From assembly GCF_009914755.1 (NCBI RefSeq), contig NC_060927.1: a stretch of 64,000 nt of DNA; one strand, 5' to 3'. This DNA comes from the human T2T-CHM13v2.0 reference genome, Homo sapiens. The position numbers and the translations under genes were made by a program. The notes under the pieces were generated by a model, which ran no database searches, was not told the origin of the DNA, and was given only the letters and a program-made list of their open reading frames with translations. Positions 42,391 through 56,394 of the stretch are shown in pieces (position 1 is the stretch's first letter; each line of letters starts with the position of its first letter).

Positions 42391-42628
42391 GCCCCCCTGC
42401 ATGTTCTCCCCTTCAGCTGGAACTCTTGTCACCCTGGGAAAATGGTCTGGGTCTGATGCTGGGACTGTGCCCAATTTTCCTAGCAATGCTTTGGGATCCG
42501 GCAAATGGACCACAGCCCAGTGTTGGATGCTTAGTCTCCCCCACTCCCTCCCCCACAGATCAGGCAGGGGGTCCTGGGGTCAGGCCCAGGTCTTGACCTG
42601 TGCTTGTTCACCCACTCACCCACCGCAG

Positions 42629-42809
42629 GTACAGACCACCACCATGTGCGTGTCAGTCAGCCTCAGCGGCTCCGTGGTGCTTGGCTGCCTCTTTGCGCCC
42701 AAGCTGCACATCATCCTCTTCCAGCCGCAGAAGAACGTGGTTAGCCACCGGGCACCCACCAGCCGCTTTGGCAGTGCTGCTGCCAGGGCCAGCTCCAGCC
42801 TTGGCCAAG
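42629..42809 (+). CDS. GRM2: GRM2 coding exon, 181 nt: TM7 and proximal C-tail (VQTTTMCVSVSLSGSVVLGCLFAPKLHIILFQPQKN...)
   Basis: ccgcag| acceptor, CAAG|gtcagt donor; FAPK motif of class C TM7. Confidence 0.97.
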
Positions 42810-43030
42810 GTCAGTGTCCTAAGCAGCCCTCTCTGCCTGTTCCCCTCTCCCTGTCCAGCTCCTTGGGTTGCTGAGATCTCTTGTCTGGGGGTGAGGTGCC
42901 CCCCAAATGACACTGGCAGGAGAGGACAGGAGAGGGGAGGGGAGGCTTCCCTCACAGCCCTGCTTCCCCACTGCCTGCCCTCCATGGAGGACCTCGGGAT
43001 TGGCCCCAACCTCTGGCTTCCTTTTCTTAG

Positions 43031-43104
43031 GGTCTGGCTCCCAGTTTGTCCCCACTGTTTGCAATGGCCGTGAGGTGGTGGACTCGACAACGTCATCGCT
43101 TTGA
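43031..43104 (+). CDS. GRM2: GRM2 last coding exon (GSGSQFVPTVCNGREVVDSTTSSL*), C-terminal PDZ ligand
   Basis: cttttcttag| acceptor; coding exon lengths 450+838+1076+181+74 = 2619 nt = 872 aa + stop, the length of mGlu2. Confidence 0.97.
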
Positions 43105-43580
43105 AGACCCCATACTCCCGCCCTGACACAGCTGCTCCTGGGAACCTAGTGCAGACCCACGTCCAGGGCCAGGAGGAAGTTGGCTGGAGCACTGCAATAA
43201 TTTATTACCCACCCTATGTCTGCCCCCAAAGTCACTTACCCACCTCCTTACCCCAGCTCTTCAGACTCAGAAGTCAGGAGCCTTGGCCAGGAGCCTCTGC
43301 AGTGGCCACTAACTGCCCTTGTAGCTGTGTTTCCTCCTGGCCAGGCCCAGGGCTCAGAGAGGAGCAAGCCAGGGTTCACTCTGCCCTGGACCCGGGTGGC
43401 TGAGGACGGCAGGCCCCAGTCCTAACCAGCAAAGGTGCTTCCAGCCCAGCCCCTCCCCCCAACTAGGGCCTTTTTTATTTTTTATATAAGTTACTCTGGG
43501 ATGGGGAGGGTGGTTATTGTGGGGGCTGCCCCTCCCCCTGCACAGTAGTTTGTCCTGTGGTTTATTTTGTATTACCTGTA

Positions 43581-43586
43581 AATAAA
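43581..43586 (+). terminator. GRM2: GRM2 polyadenylation signal AATAAA
   Basis: AATAAA preceded by TGTA (CFIm motif) and U-rich sequence, ~480 nt after the stop codon. Confidence 0.88.
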
Positions 43587-44580
43587 GTGGCTTTATTTTA
43601 AAAAATCACTCTTTGCCTTTGACCCAGCAAGGCCCCTCACGCCCTCCACAGCCTCCCAGCTGTCATTCTGCTAGCGTTTAAATATCGACTCTGCTCTGTG
43701 CCTGATGTTAGGACCTGTCTGCCACCGAGACAGACCCAGCCCTGCCTGGTGGGGAGATGGAAAATGAATGAGCCATCCTCCCTTAAAAGGAGCCACTGCA
43801 GACTGGCCCAGGCATCCTGGGGTCGGGTGGGGGCTTTAAATGGATAGAGATGAATGAACAGGCTCATCTGGCAGTCCAGGGGTTTCCCTGGGGTCCCGGC
43901 CCCCAGGATGGTGTGGGTGATGGAGCAGGAGTGACCTCCGGGAATGGTGGGCTTTCCCACAGCTGGCCAGCCTGGCACTGGATCCTCCAAATGCATGGAG
44001 CCACACTGAGCATTTGGTGCAGGGGGAACCAAGAGGAGGCATGGACTGAATGTCACCTGTTCACTGGCACTTACAAAGGCAGAAGGAGCTTATGGGGAGA
44101 GGGGGTGGGTGAAGCAGGGAGGGCAGAGGCGGAGCAGCTGGAGACACCATCTGCTGTCAAGCCCAGCGAGAAGTCAGAAAAGGGAGCGTTTCTCCAGTCC
44201 CCGGAGGAGCTCTGGCCTGATGGGCCAGTTGAGGAGCCCAGAGCCCTTGGGCATCTCTGGAGTTTGCTGTCAGGGCTCACCAGCAGAGGGCACTAAGGTA
44301 CATGGCTGTGGCCAGGCGACCGCTGCCCTCCTGTGGCCTAGAAGGCAGCGGGCACCGAACCGGAAAACAGCAGCTTCTGGGGAGTCCCCAGACTGTGAGG
44401 AGCAGAGGGACAAAGTCCTGCATTAGCCGGCAGCCCAGGGCATCTGTTATTTTTAAGTGAGCTCATTTGCATCCACAGGCTAGCAAGGTTGTGGAAATTC
44501 AGGTAAACAATTTAAAAAACAAAAACAAAAATAAACAAAGAAAATTGCAGGAATGGCTTCTTCTCTCCCGTCAACATCTG

Positions 44581-44775
44581 GGATGTATGGATGACAAATG
44601 AAATACAGACTGCGCAGTTAAATTTGAATGTCATAAACAATGAATACTCTTTTTTAGTATAAATATGTCCCACACAATATTTGGGACATACTTATACTAA
44701 AAATTTTTGTTATTTATCTGACAGTCAACTTTAACTGGACATCCTGTATTTTCATCTGCTCATTTTGGCAACCCT
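44581..44775. mobile_element. MER53 palindromic MITE
   Basis: aaatacag...cagttaaatttgaa...tagtataaatatgtccca/tgggacatacttatacta...tttaactggacatcctgtattt...tggcaaccct fits the palindromic MER53 consensus. Confidence 0.88.
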
Positions 44776-47359
44776 TTTGGGCCAGCCTCTATTCTAGATC
44801 CCCCAATAACTCAGGCCTGGGTGCTGCCCCCAGTGGCTGGTCACCAGGGAAATGCAACCCATGGTACCCACAGTCCCAGCCCCCACTTCCAGTATGGCCT
44901 TTTCTGGGTCTTCCTGCCAAACTGGACTCTGAGGACATTTGCCCACCAACCCCAGCACCCGGACAAAAGAAGACGGGGCTCTAAGCCCCTTGTACCCAAA
45001 AAGCAACCCTTCTTCACATGGCTCAGGAATATTTTCCTTAAAATGTAAAACAACAACAGCAACAACAAAACAAGTAGTTACGAACATGGTTTGCAGCTAA
45101 AAAGGTACAAAGGGCATCCAGTGAAGGATCTCCTTCTATCCCTGCCACCCATCTAGCAGGGAGAGCCAAAGGCCTGGGGGCCAGGGAAGAAGTCCAGGAA
45201 GAATTCCTAAGGACCAGTCCTCACGTCTGCCTGCCACACCTCTTTTCTTCCTCCTGCCCCCCTCATTTCCCCTTCCTGCTTTTGTGAGAGCGGCCTCCTT
45301 ATTTTTTGTGCTGTTGTCTCAATGGCTCCTCCCCTCAGTCATGACCCACACCCCTGTATTACATGATCCCTCCCACCCATCCTTATGGTGTTGTGGGCAG
45401 CAAATCTTGGCCTTCACGCCTCAGCTCTCAGTCCTTAGCGCACATTACTAAGACCCGCCAGCTTCCCCATCCCAAGGCTGGGAGTCCTGGGATACGGAGT
45501 GGCCTGGCTTTACGTCTCTGGATCTCCTCTTCTCCAATACCATAGTCCGTGTCCTACAAACACTGACCCCTCTGCTTGTGTTAGACTTGGAGTCCTCAAA
45601 GGAGAGCTCTTCCCCTTCTGGGGACTGAGGACCAGAGGTGCCCAGCATTTTGTGTTCTCTTCCACCCTAGGGAGCCACTCATCATGGTGAATTCACCGTC
45701 CGTAAGTGGAACTACCAGGTTGCTTTGCTTGCGTAGCCAGACCTTACACTGGGACACAGGTGTTTCTCCCATGGCTGTGTTTGAAGGCTCTCCCAGATCC
45801 ACTTCTATCCTTTCCCCTGTCCCTTGCATTGGTCCTGTAAGACTGCAGGGTAGCCCTTGCCCTGTCTGGGTGGGCCTGGCTCTCTCTTACTGAACCATAA
45901 GCTCCTGCGGCTTGGGAAAGGGTGGTTCAGGCCATGCTGCTCTTGCCTCCCCGAGTCCTGACATGGGAAAGGGGGAGGGGAAGAGTCACATTACAATGGC
46001 AGCTCTGATGATGGCCACCTTCCCACATTTGAGCCCTGTCTAGCAGCAGACCCTTGAGATAGAACACCAAGATCCAAGAGGAAGTGGTTACATTGGGCAA
46101 AGGGGCTGGGAACAAAAAGTGGAGCCGAGGGATGACATGGAGCTGGGAATGAGATTCAGAATCCGCCATACCCCAAACCCCTGTGGGCGGACATTGCCTA
46201 GAGTTTCATCAGGCCAGCGCTGTCCCTTGTTCTCCCAGTCCAGCCTGGCTGCTCACCCTCCTCTCCTGGGCTGGGGGGTTATGGGAGGCAGAGGGGAAAG
46301 GAGAGACCACTGAGGGTCTCAAAACCCCCTCAAGATGTCTCCGCCTCAAGTTCCAGCAGAAAAAGGATTGGAGCCCACTGCATCTACCCCCATGAGCCAG
46401 TGGGGAGTTGAGCACTGAGAGATGGGACTTCTCAGCCTGTGGAAGAGAGGCTAGATGTGGGGAAAGCGGGGGAAGGAGAAAAGGGTGTGTGTGCACGTGT
46501 GTGTGTGCATGTGTGTATGTGTGTGTGCACATGTGTGAAAAAACAGGAAGAGGGAAATGGAGGGGACTGAGGGTGAGGGGACAGGAAGTGAGGAGCAGCA
46601 GGAGGAAAGTAAAATAGGCACGTGTTAAACCCTGAGGCCTCTTGCCAGGGGGTCAGTTTTTTCTTTTAAAAAAAATTACTTTATTCTTTCTGTGAAAACA
46701 GTATATGCTCCCTACAAACAGTTTAAGCATTGCAGAAAAGTACAAAAAGAAAATAAAAGTATTACCTCAAGTTTTATCATTCAAATATAACCGTCATTAA
46801 CATTTCTGGTACAGCATCCTCAACATATTTCTATGCATTTTTACAGATAGGAGAGATAGAAATACTTTCATAAAAATGGGATCATACCATATGTCTATTT
46901 TTTTTAGCGAAGATTTAATTTTACTTGACTCTAATTGAAGAAAATGAATCAGAAGTAAAACAAGAAATTCTTGAACTCCACATTTATGCACCATGAGATA
47001 TTTTTCCTCCTTGAAAGATCCTTCTAAGTTTAAGAAAAGGGATGGAGTGACATTCACAGGTAAACATTCCATCAATCAGGGTATCTGAGGAGAGTTAGAC
47101 CTGTGTTGTCAACCTTCTTGCAATGTGAATGGAAGGAATCATCTCCTGGGAAAAGCAGGGGTCTGCTGACCCAAGTGGGTCCAATGCACACTGCTCCTGG
47201 TCCTGGGATTGTGGACTGAATGCCTGTCATTGGTGCACGGCAGCCGCACTCAACAATGGGAAGGAGGCAGGCACCATGCTTAAGCATGCCTGGGGAGGGA
47301 TGGGTCCTTGAACCTGCCTACTCTGTCACTGTCACAGATGTTACTTCTTTCCTGATTCT

Positions 47360-47648
47360 TTCTCTTCCTCCCCTCCCGTCCTCTCTCCTTCCCTTTCCTT
47401 TCCTTCCTTCCTTCCTCCCTCCCTTCCTCCCTCCCTTCCTCCCTCCCTTCCTCCCTCCCTTCCTTCCTTCCCTCCTTCCTTTCTTTCTTTCTTTTAATAT
47501 AGAGACAAGGTCTTGCTCTGTCCCCCAGGTGGCGATGAAGCGGCACTATCATGACTCACTACAGCCTCAAACTCCTGGCCTCAAGTGATCCTCCCTCCTT
47601 GGCCTCCTGAAGTGTTGATATTACAGCCAGGAGCCACCACGTCTGGCC
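47360..47648 (-). mobile_element. FLAM/AluJ monomer with a (CCTT/CCCT)n tail
   Basis: Pyrimidine repeat 47360-47492, then agagacaaggtcttgctctg...ctcaagtgatcctccc...gagccaccacgtctggcc. Confidence 0.8.
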
Positions 47649-47907
47649 CTGATTTTTTCTAGAAACATTATAGTTTTTAGACTTAGGTCTTTGGTCCTTC
47701 TCAAATTAATTTTTGTGGGTGAGATAGGGGTCAACATTATTTTTTACCCATATAGATATTCAGTTGTTCCAGCATTGTTTGTTGAAAAGACTCTTTCCTC
47801 CCACTGCATTATATTGGCACCCTTGCTTTAAATCAGTGGACCATAAATGGGTGGGTCTGTTTCTGGATTCTGTTGTGTTTTGTTGATCTATTTGTTTATC
47901 TTAATAA

Positions 47908-48512
<605 letters not shown>

Positions 48513-49233
48513 TGGAAATAATTTTTTAAATTATCTTTTCGTTTTCTAGTTGTTTGTTGCTAGTGTATAAAAATATCATTGATTTTTAAAATTATGTCAA
48601 ATTATATATGACATAAAATTTACCTTTTTAACCATTTTTAAAATCACCTCATGTAGGTTTAGAATTTTTTTTTTTTTGGTAGTGGGAACATTTAAGATCT
48701 CTCTTAGCAATTTTCAAGTATATGTTATTATTAACTATAGTCACCATGCTATACAGTAGATCTCCAGGACTAATTCTGTCTGATGGAAACTTTGTACCTT
48801 TTGATCGACATCCCCCATTCCCCTATTCCCCCCAGGCCCTGGCAACCACTATTCTACTCTTGGTTTTTATGAGTTTTGACTTTTTTAGACCTCTCATATA
48901 TGTGAGATCATGCAGTATTTGTCTTTTTCTGCCTGGCTTATTTCCCTTAGCATAATGTCCTCCAGGTTCATTTATGTTGTGGCAAATGAGAATTTCTTTC
49001 CTTTTTAAGGCTGAATAATATTTGATTGTATGTATATACTACATTTAAAAAGTCCATTCATTTGTCAGTAGACACTTGGGTTGATTCCATATTTTTGCTA
49101 TTGCAAATAATGTTGCAATGAACATGGAGGTGCAGATATCTCTTCAAAATACTGACTTCATTTCCTTTGGTTATACAGGAAGGAGTAGGATTGCTGGGTT
49201 ATATATATAATCGTTCTATTTTAAATTTTTTGA

Positions 49234-49611
<378 letters not shown>

Positions 49612-49804
49612 GAGAGTTCTCTTTTTCTTACATCCTTGCCAACACTTGCTATCTTTTATCTTTTTTGATAATAGCCATTCTAACAGATGTGAGGCGATAT
49701 CTCATAGTGGTGTTCATTTGTATTCCCCCGATAATTCGTGATGTTGAACACCTTTTCATATCCTGTTGGCCATTTGTATGTCTTCATTTGAAAAATGTCT
49801 ATTT

Positions 49805-50129
<325 letters not shown>

Positions 50130-50592
50130 CTATTCATGTTCTTTGCCCGTTTTTAAATCAGGTTTTTTTGTTATTAAGTTGTATGAGTTTATTACCTATT
50201 TTGGATATGAACTCCTTATCAGACATGGTTTGCAAAGTTTTTCTCCCATTCTACAGGTTGTCTCTTCACTCTGCTGATTTTGTGCTTTGCTGTACAGGAG
50301 CTTTATAGTTTGATGCAACCCTATTTGTCTAGTTTTGCTCTTGTTGCCTGTGCTTTAGGTGTCATATTCAAAATGTCTGCCTAGACCAACGTCAAGAAGC
50401 TTTCCCTGTGTTTTCTTCTAGTCATTTTACAGTTTCAGGCCTTATGTTAAAGTTTCGAAGCCACTTTGAGTTGACCCACAGTGTGACATGGGATCCAATT
50501 TCATTCTTCTTCATGTGGATACCCAATTTTCCCAACATCATGTATTGAAGAACTGTTCTTTCTCCATTGTGTGTTCTTGGGCACTTTGTTTT

Positions 50593-50735
50593 GACTTAAA
50601 GTATGCGGGTGAATATACACAGGTTATATGCAAATACCATGCAGTTTTTCATATAAGGGACTTGAGGATTCTCAAGAGTTTGGTATCCTTGGGCAGTCCT
50701 GGAACCAATCCCTCATAGGTATCAAGGGACAGCTG
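50593..50735. mobile_element. MER2 (TcMar-Tigger) terminal fragment
   Basis: aggttatatgcaaatac...tataagggacttgag...tcctggaaccaatccc...agggacagctg|ta. Confidence 0.8.
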
Positions 50736-51111
50736 TATATTTTGAAATCAGGTAGTGTGAGGCCTCCAGCTTTGTTATTTTTGCTCAAGATTGCTTTGGT
50801 TATTTGGGTTCTTTTGTGGTTCCTGTGAATTTTAGAATTTTTTTTTCTATTTCTGTGAGAAAAATGCCACTGGAATTGTGATTGCATTGAATTTGTAGAT
50901 CACTTTGGGTAGTATAGAAATTTTTAACAATATTAATTATTCTAATCCATGAACATGGATTATCTTTCCATTTATCTGTGTCTTCAATTTCTTTCATTAA
51001 TGTTTTATAGTTTTCAACGTACATATCTTTCATTTCCTTGATTAAATTATTCCTCAATATTTTTGTTTTACACATAGGATTAAATTTTTTTGGCATAGTT
51101 CATTGTTAGTA

Positions 51112-51620
51112 CAGTCATGAACCTCATAATGATGTTTCATTTGACAGATCACATATACGTGGGCGTTCCCATAAGATTCTAATGGAGCCGAAAAATTCCT
51201 ATCACTGTGACATTGAGGCCATTACAAGGTGATAGTGCAATGCATTACTCACGTTTGTGGTGATGCTGGTGTAAAAAAACCTACCGTGCTTCCAGTTGTA
51301 TAAAAGTATAACACATCCAATTATGTACAGTATATATTACTTGATAATGATAATAAACAACTATTACTGTTTTATATATTTACTATAATTTACTTTTAAT
51401 TGTTATTTTAAAGTGTACTCTTTTTACTTATTAAAAAAGTTAATTGTAAAACAGCCTTAGGTGGGTCCTTCAAGAGGAGGTATTTCAGAAGAAAGCATTG
51501 TTATCATAGGAGATGACAGCTCCATGTGTGTTATTGCCCCTGACGACCTTCCAGTGGGACAGGATATAGAGGTGGAAGACAGTGATATTGATGATCCTGA
51601 CCCTGTGTAGGCCTAGGCTA

Positions 51621-51660
<40 letters not shown>

Positions 51661-52433
51661 CACAAAAGCCTTAAAAACAAAAAAGTTTAAATACAAAAAA
51701 AGCTTGTAGAATAAGGATATAAAGGAAATATTTTTGTACAGCTATACAATGTGTTTGTGTTTTTCTTTCTTTAGAGATGAGATCTTGCTATGTTGCCCAG
51801 GCTAGATTCAAACTCCTGGGTCAAGCAATCAGCCTCCTGAGTAGCTGGGACTACAGGCACACACTACCATGCCCAGTGTACGTTTTTGTTTGGAGCTGTT
51901 ATTACAAAAGAGTCAAAAAGTTTAAAAAAATTAAAACACTTATAGAGGAAAAATTGTAGTAAGCTGAGGTTAACTTATTATTAAAGAAATAAAAATATTT
52001 ACCAAATAAATTTAGCATAGCCTAAATGTACAGGGTTTATAAAGTCTACAGCAGTGTACGATAATATCCTAAGCATTCACACTGACTCACCCAGAGCAAC
52101 TTCCAGTCCTGCACACTCCATTCATAGTAAGTGCCCTACACAGGTGTTCCATCTTTTATCTTTTTTAAAAAATCATATTTTATTGTACCTTTTCCATGTT
52201 TAGTCACGTAAATACTAACCATTGTGTTACAAGTACCTATAGTATTCAGCACAGTAACATGCTGTACAAATTTGCAGCCTAGAAGCAATAGGCTATACCA
52301 TATAGCCTAGATGTGTCGTAGGCTATACCATCTAGGTTTGTGTAAGAACACTCCATTATGTTCACATAATTAAGAAATTGTCTAATGACACATTTCTCAG
52401 AGTGTATCCCCGTTGTTAAGTGATGCATGGCTG
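51112..52433. mobile_element. Tigger3(b)-type DNA transposon containing a (TG)n repeat (51622-51657) and an Alu monomer (~51760-51876)
   Basis: TA|CAGTCATG ... CATGGCTG|TA termini with TA duplication; internal gtttgtggtgatgctggtgtaaa and ggaagacagtgatattgatgatcctgaccctgtgtaggcctaggcta; the L1 resumes on both sides. Confidence 0.88.
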
Positions 52434-53073
52434 TATATTAGAAGTGCTACTGACTTTTATATGTTGATATTGTATCCTACAGCTGTACTGCATTTGCATA
52501 TTAACTCTAACAGTTTTTTGGTGGAGTCTTTTGGGATTCTATGTATAAGATGAAGTCATCTGCAAACAGAGACAATTTTACTTCTTCCTTTTAAATTTAG
52601 ATGACTTCAATTTTTTTCTTCTTGCCTGATTGCTCTGTTTAGGACCTTTAAGTAGTATGTTTAATACAAGCTGTGAGACTGGGTATCATTTTCTTATTCC
52701 TGATCTTAGGGGACAAGGTTTCAGGTTTAATCATTGAGTAGATGTTAGCTGTGGTCTTGTCATACATGACCTTTATTATGTTGAAGTATCTGCCTTGTAT
52801 AGCTAATTTGATGAGAGTTTTTAATCACAAAAAAATGCTGAATTTTGTCAAATGTCTTTTCTGTATCTGTTGAGATGATCATGATTTTTATCTTTCATTC
52901 TGTTAATGTGGTGTATTGCATTTATTGATTTGTGTATGTTGAACTCTTCTCACATCCCAGGGATAAATCCCACTTGGTCATGGTGTTTGAGTCTTTTAAT
53001 GTGCTGTTGAAATTTGTTTTCTAGTATTTTGTTGAAGACGTTTGCATCTGTGTTCATCAGGGATATTGGCCTG

Positions 53074-53489
53074 TGTCTTAGGTCCATTTTGTGTGGCTAT
53101 AAAAGAATTCCTGAGACTGGGTGATTTATTCAGAAAAGATGTTTATTTGGCTCATGGTTCTGCAGGCTGTACAAAAGCATGGCATCAGCACCTGATTCTG
53201 GTGAGGGCCTCAGGAAGTTTTTAATCATGGCGGAAGGCAAAGAGGGAGCAAGTGTGTCACATGGTGAGAGAGGGAGCAGAAAAGAGAGGAGGGTGCTGCC
53301 AGGCTCTTTGTAACAATCAGATCTCAAGGGAACTAACAGAGCGAGAACTCACTACCACAAAAATGGCACCAAGCCATTCATGAGGGATCTGCTCCCATGA
53401 TCCAATACCTCCCAGTAGGCTCCACCTCCAATATTGGGTATCAAATTTCAACATGAGATTTGGAGGGCATAAATATCCAAACTATATCA
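53074..53489 (-). mobile_element. Solo MaLR LTR (MSTB-like)
   Basis: TG...CA termini, 5-bp TSD gcctg/gccta; minus strand starts tgatatagtttggatat...ccaaatctcatgttgaa. Confidence 0.88.
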
Positions 53490-54509
53490 GCCTATAATTT
53501 TCTTTTCTTGTAGTGTTCTTATCTGGCTTTGGCTTCTGGTTAATGCTTGCCTCATAGAATGAGCTTGGAAGTGTTTCACCGTCTTCAGTTTTTTGAAAGC
53601 ATTTTGGAGAATACTGGCACTAATTCTTCTTTAAGCTTTTGGTAGAATTCACCCATGAAGACATCAGTTCCTGAGCTTTTCTTTGTTGGGCAAGTTTTGA
53701 TCACTGACTCAATCTTTTTACTTGTTATTGGTCTGTTCAGATTTTCTTTTTCTTCATGATTCAGTCTTGGTAGATTGTAAATTTCTAGGAATTTATTTAT
53801 TTCTTTTAGGTTATCCAATTTGCTGGTGTATAATTGTTCATAGCAGTCTCTTATGACACTTTGTATTTCCGCAGTGTCAGTTGTAATGTCTCTTTTGTTT
53901 ATAATTTTATTTATTAGAATCTGCTTTTATTTCATACTCTAGCTAAAGGTTGCTCAATTATGTTTATCTTTTCAGAAAATCAACTCTCAGTTTCACTGAT
54001 CTTTTCTATTGGTTTTCTAGTCTTTATTCATTTCTGCTCTGATCTTAATTGTTTTCTTCCTTCTGCTGATTTTAGGCTTAGTTTTTTCTTAGTTTTTCTA
54101 GTTCTTTGAGGTGTAATGTTGGGTTGTTTATTTGAGATCTTTCCCTTTCTTAATATAGACATTTACTACTTAAACTTCCCCCTTAGAACTGCTTGTGATA
54201 CATCCCATGAGTTTTGGTATGTTGTATTTCCATTCTCATTTACCTCAAGAGAGTTTTTGATTTCCCTTTTGATTTGTTCTGTGACTCATTAGTTGCTCAT
54301 GTGTTGATTAATTTCCACATATTTGTGAATCTTCCAATTTTCCTCCTGTTACTGATTTCTAGTTTCATACCATTGTGGTCAGAAGAGATACTTGATAGGA
54401 TTTCAATCTTCTTAAATTTGTTAAGACCTGCTTTGTGGCCTGACATGTGCTCTATCTTGGAGACTGTTCTGTGTGTGCTTGAAAAGAATGTGTATTCTGC
54501 TGCTGATTA

Positions 54510-54816
54510 AAAAAAAAATAGAGATGGGGATCTCACTCTGTCTAGATGACAGAGTGAAACAAAATGAACTTAAGACACAGCTACATAAGCTCACTGCAGC
54601 CTTAAACTCTTGGGCTGAAGCAATCTTCCCTCTTCAGCCTCCTAAGCAGCTGGGACTATAGGCACACACCATCATGCCCAGCTAATTAAAAAAAATTTTT
54701 AAGAGATGGGGTCTTACTATGTTGCTGTGATTAGTTTCAACTTCCTGGACTCAAGAGATCCTCCTACCTTAGCTTCCCAAGTAGCTGGGATTACAGGTAT
54801 GAGCCACCATGCCCAA
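54510..54816 (-). mobile_element. Degenerate AluJ-like element
   Basis: agagatggggatctcactctg...gctcactgcagcct...ctcaagagatcctcctacc...gagccaccatgccc. Confidence 0.8.
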
Positions 54817-55984
54817 CTCTGCTGCTGATTATTTAATATGATTATTTTGGATGCTTTGTCAGGCATTTTACAGATCTTCATTTCTTTAGAGTTGGTTAGT
54901 GGTGCTTTATTTTGTTCCTTTGGTGGTATCTTGTTTCCCTGATTATTCATGATCTTTGTGACCTTGCATTGGTTTCTGTGCATCTGAAGAAGCAGGCACT
55001 TCTTTCAGTCTTAATAGATTGGCTTTAGCAGAGAAAGCCCTTCACCAGTTAGCCTGTCCAGAGATGCTGGGCAGGCAATTGGACTTGCTGCTGGATTTCT
55101 CTGTCAGGCTGGCCTGCTGCCTGGGTCAACAGGTGGGTGGGCTTGATGCCTAGCTCTGTGGGGTTGGACCTGGAGCCTAAATCCACTGGGGCAAACCTGG
55201 AACTAGGTCTGCTGGGTGGGGCTGGGTTCTTTTTTTTTTTTTTTTTTTTTCATTTACTTAGGATTTAATGTGCTCTTCTTTTTCTAGTTTCCCAAGATAG
55301 AAGCTTAGATTATTGATTTTCTTTTTCGATATTTGCATTCAATGCTATAAATTTCCCTCTAAGCACCACTTTTATTGCATCCAAAAAATTCATGTGTTGT
55401 ATTTTCGTTTTCATTTACTTCAAAATATTTTTAAGTTTCTCTCAAGATTTCTTCTTTGACCCAAGTGTTATTTAAAAGCTTGCTTTTTAACCAGTCTCCA
55501 GGTACTTTTGGGTTTTCCAGTTATCTTCCTGTAATTTATTTCTAGTTTAGTTCCATTGTGGTTTGAGAGTAGACATTATATGATTTCTAGTCTTTTAAAT
55601 TTATTGAGTGTGTCTTAAGGAGCAGAGTGTGGTCTATCGTGGACAATGACCTGTGAGCTTGAGGAAAATGTATATTGTGCTGTTACTGGATGAAGTCATC
55701 TATAAATGTCAATTATATCCAGTTGATATTTGGTGCTGTTTTCAGCTATGCCCTTACTGACTTGCTGCCTGCTGGTTTTGTCCATTTCAGACAGAGGGGT
55801 GTTAAGGCCACCAATTATAATAGTGGATTTATCTCCTTTCCATGGAGTTTCCTCAGTTTTTGCTTCATGTGTTTCCTGCTCTGTTGTTAGGTACATGCAC
55901 ATTAAGAATTATTATGTCTTCCTGAAGTATTGACCTGTTTATCATTATGTAGTGCCCCTCTTTATCTGTAATAATTATGCTTGC

Positions 55985-56296
<312 letters not shown>

Positions 56297-56394
56297 TCAG
56301 AATTCTGCTTTCTGAAAGTATATAGCTACTCCATCTCTTTTTTTGATTAGTGTTAGCATGTATCTTTCTTCATCCCTGTTTATAAATTTTAATT

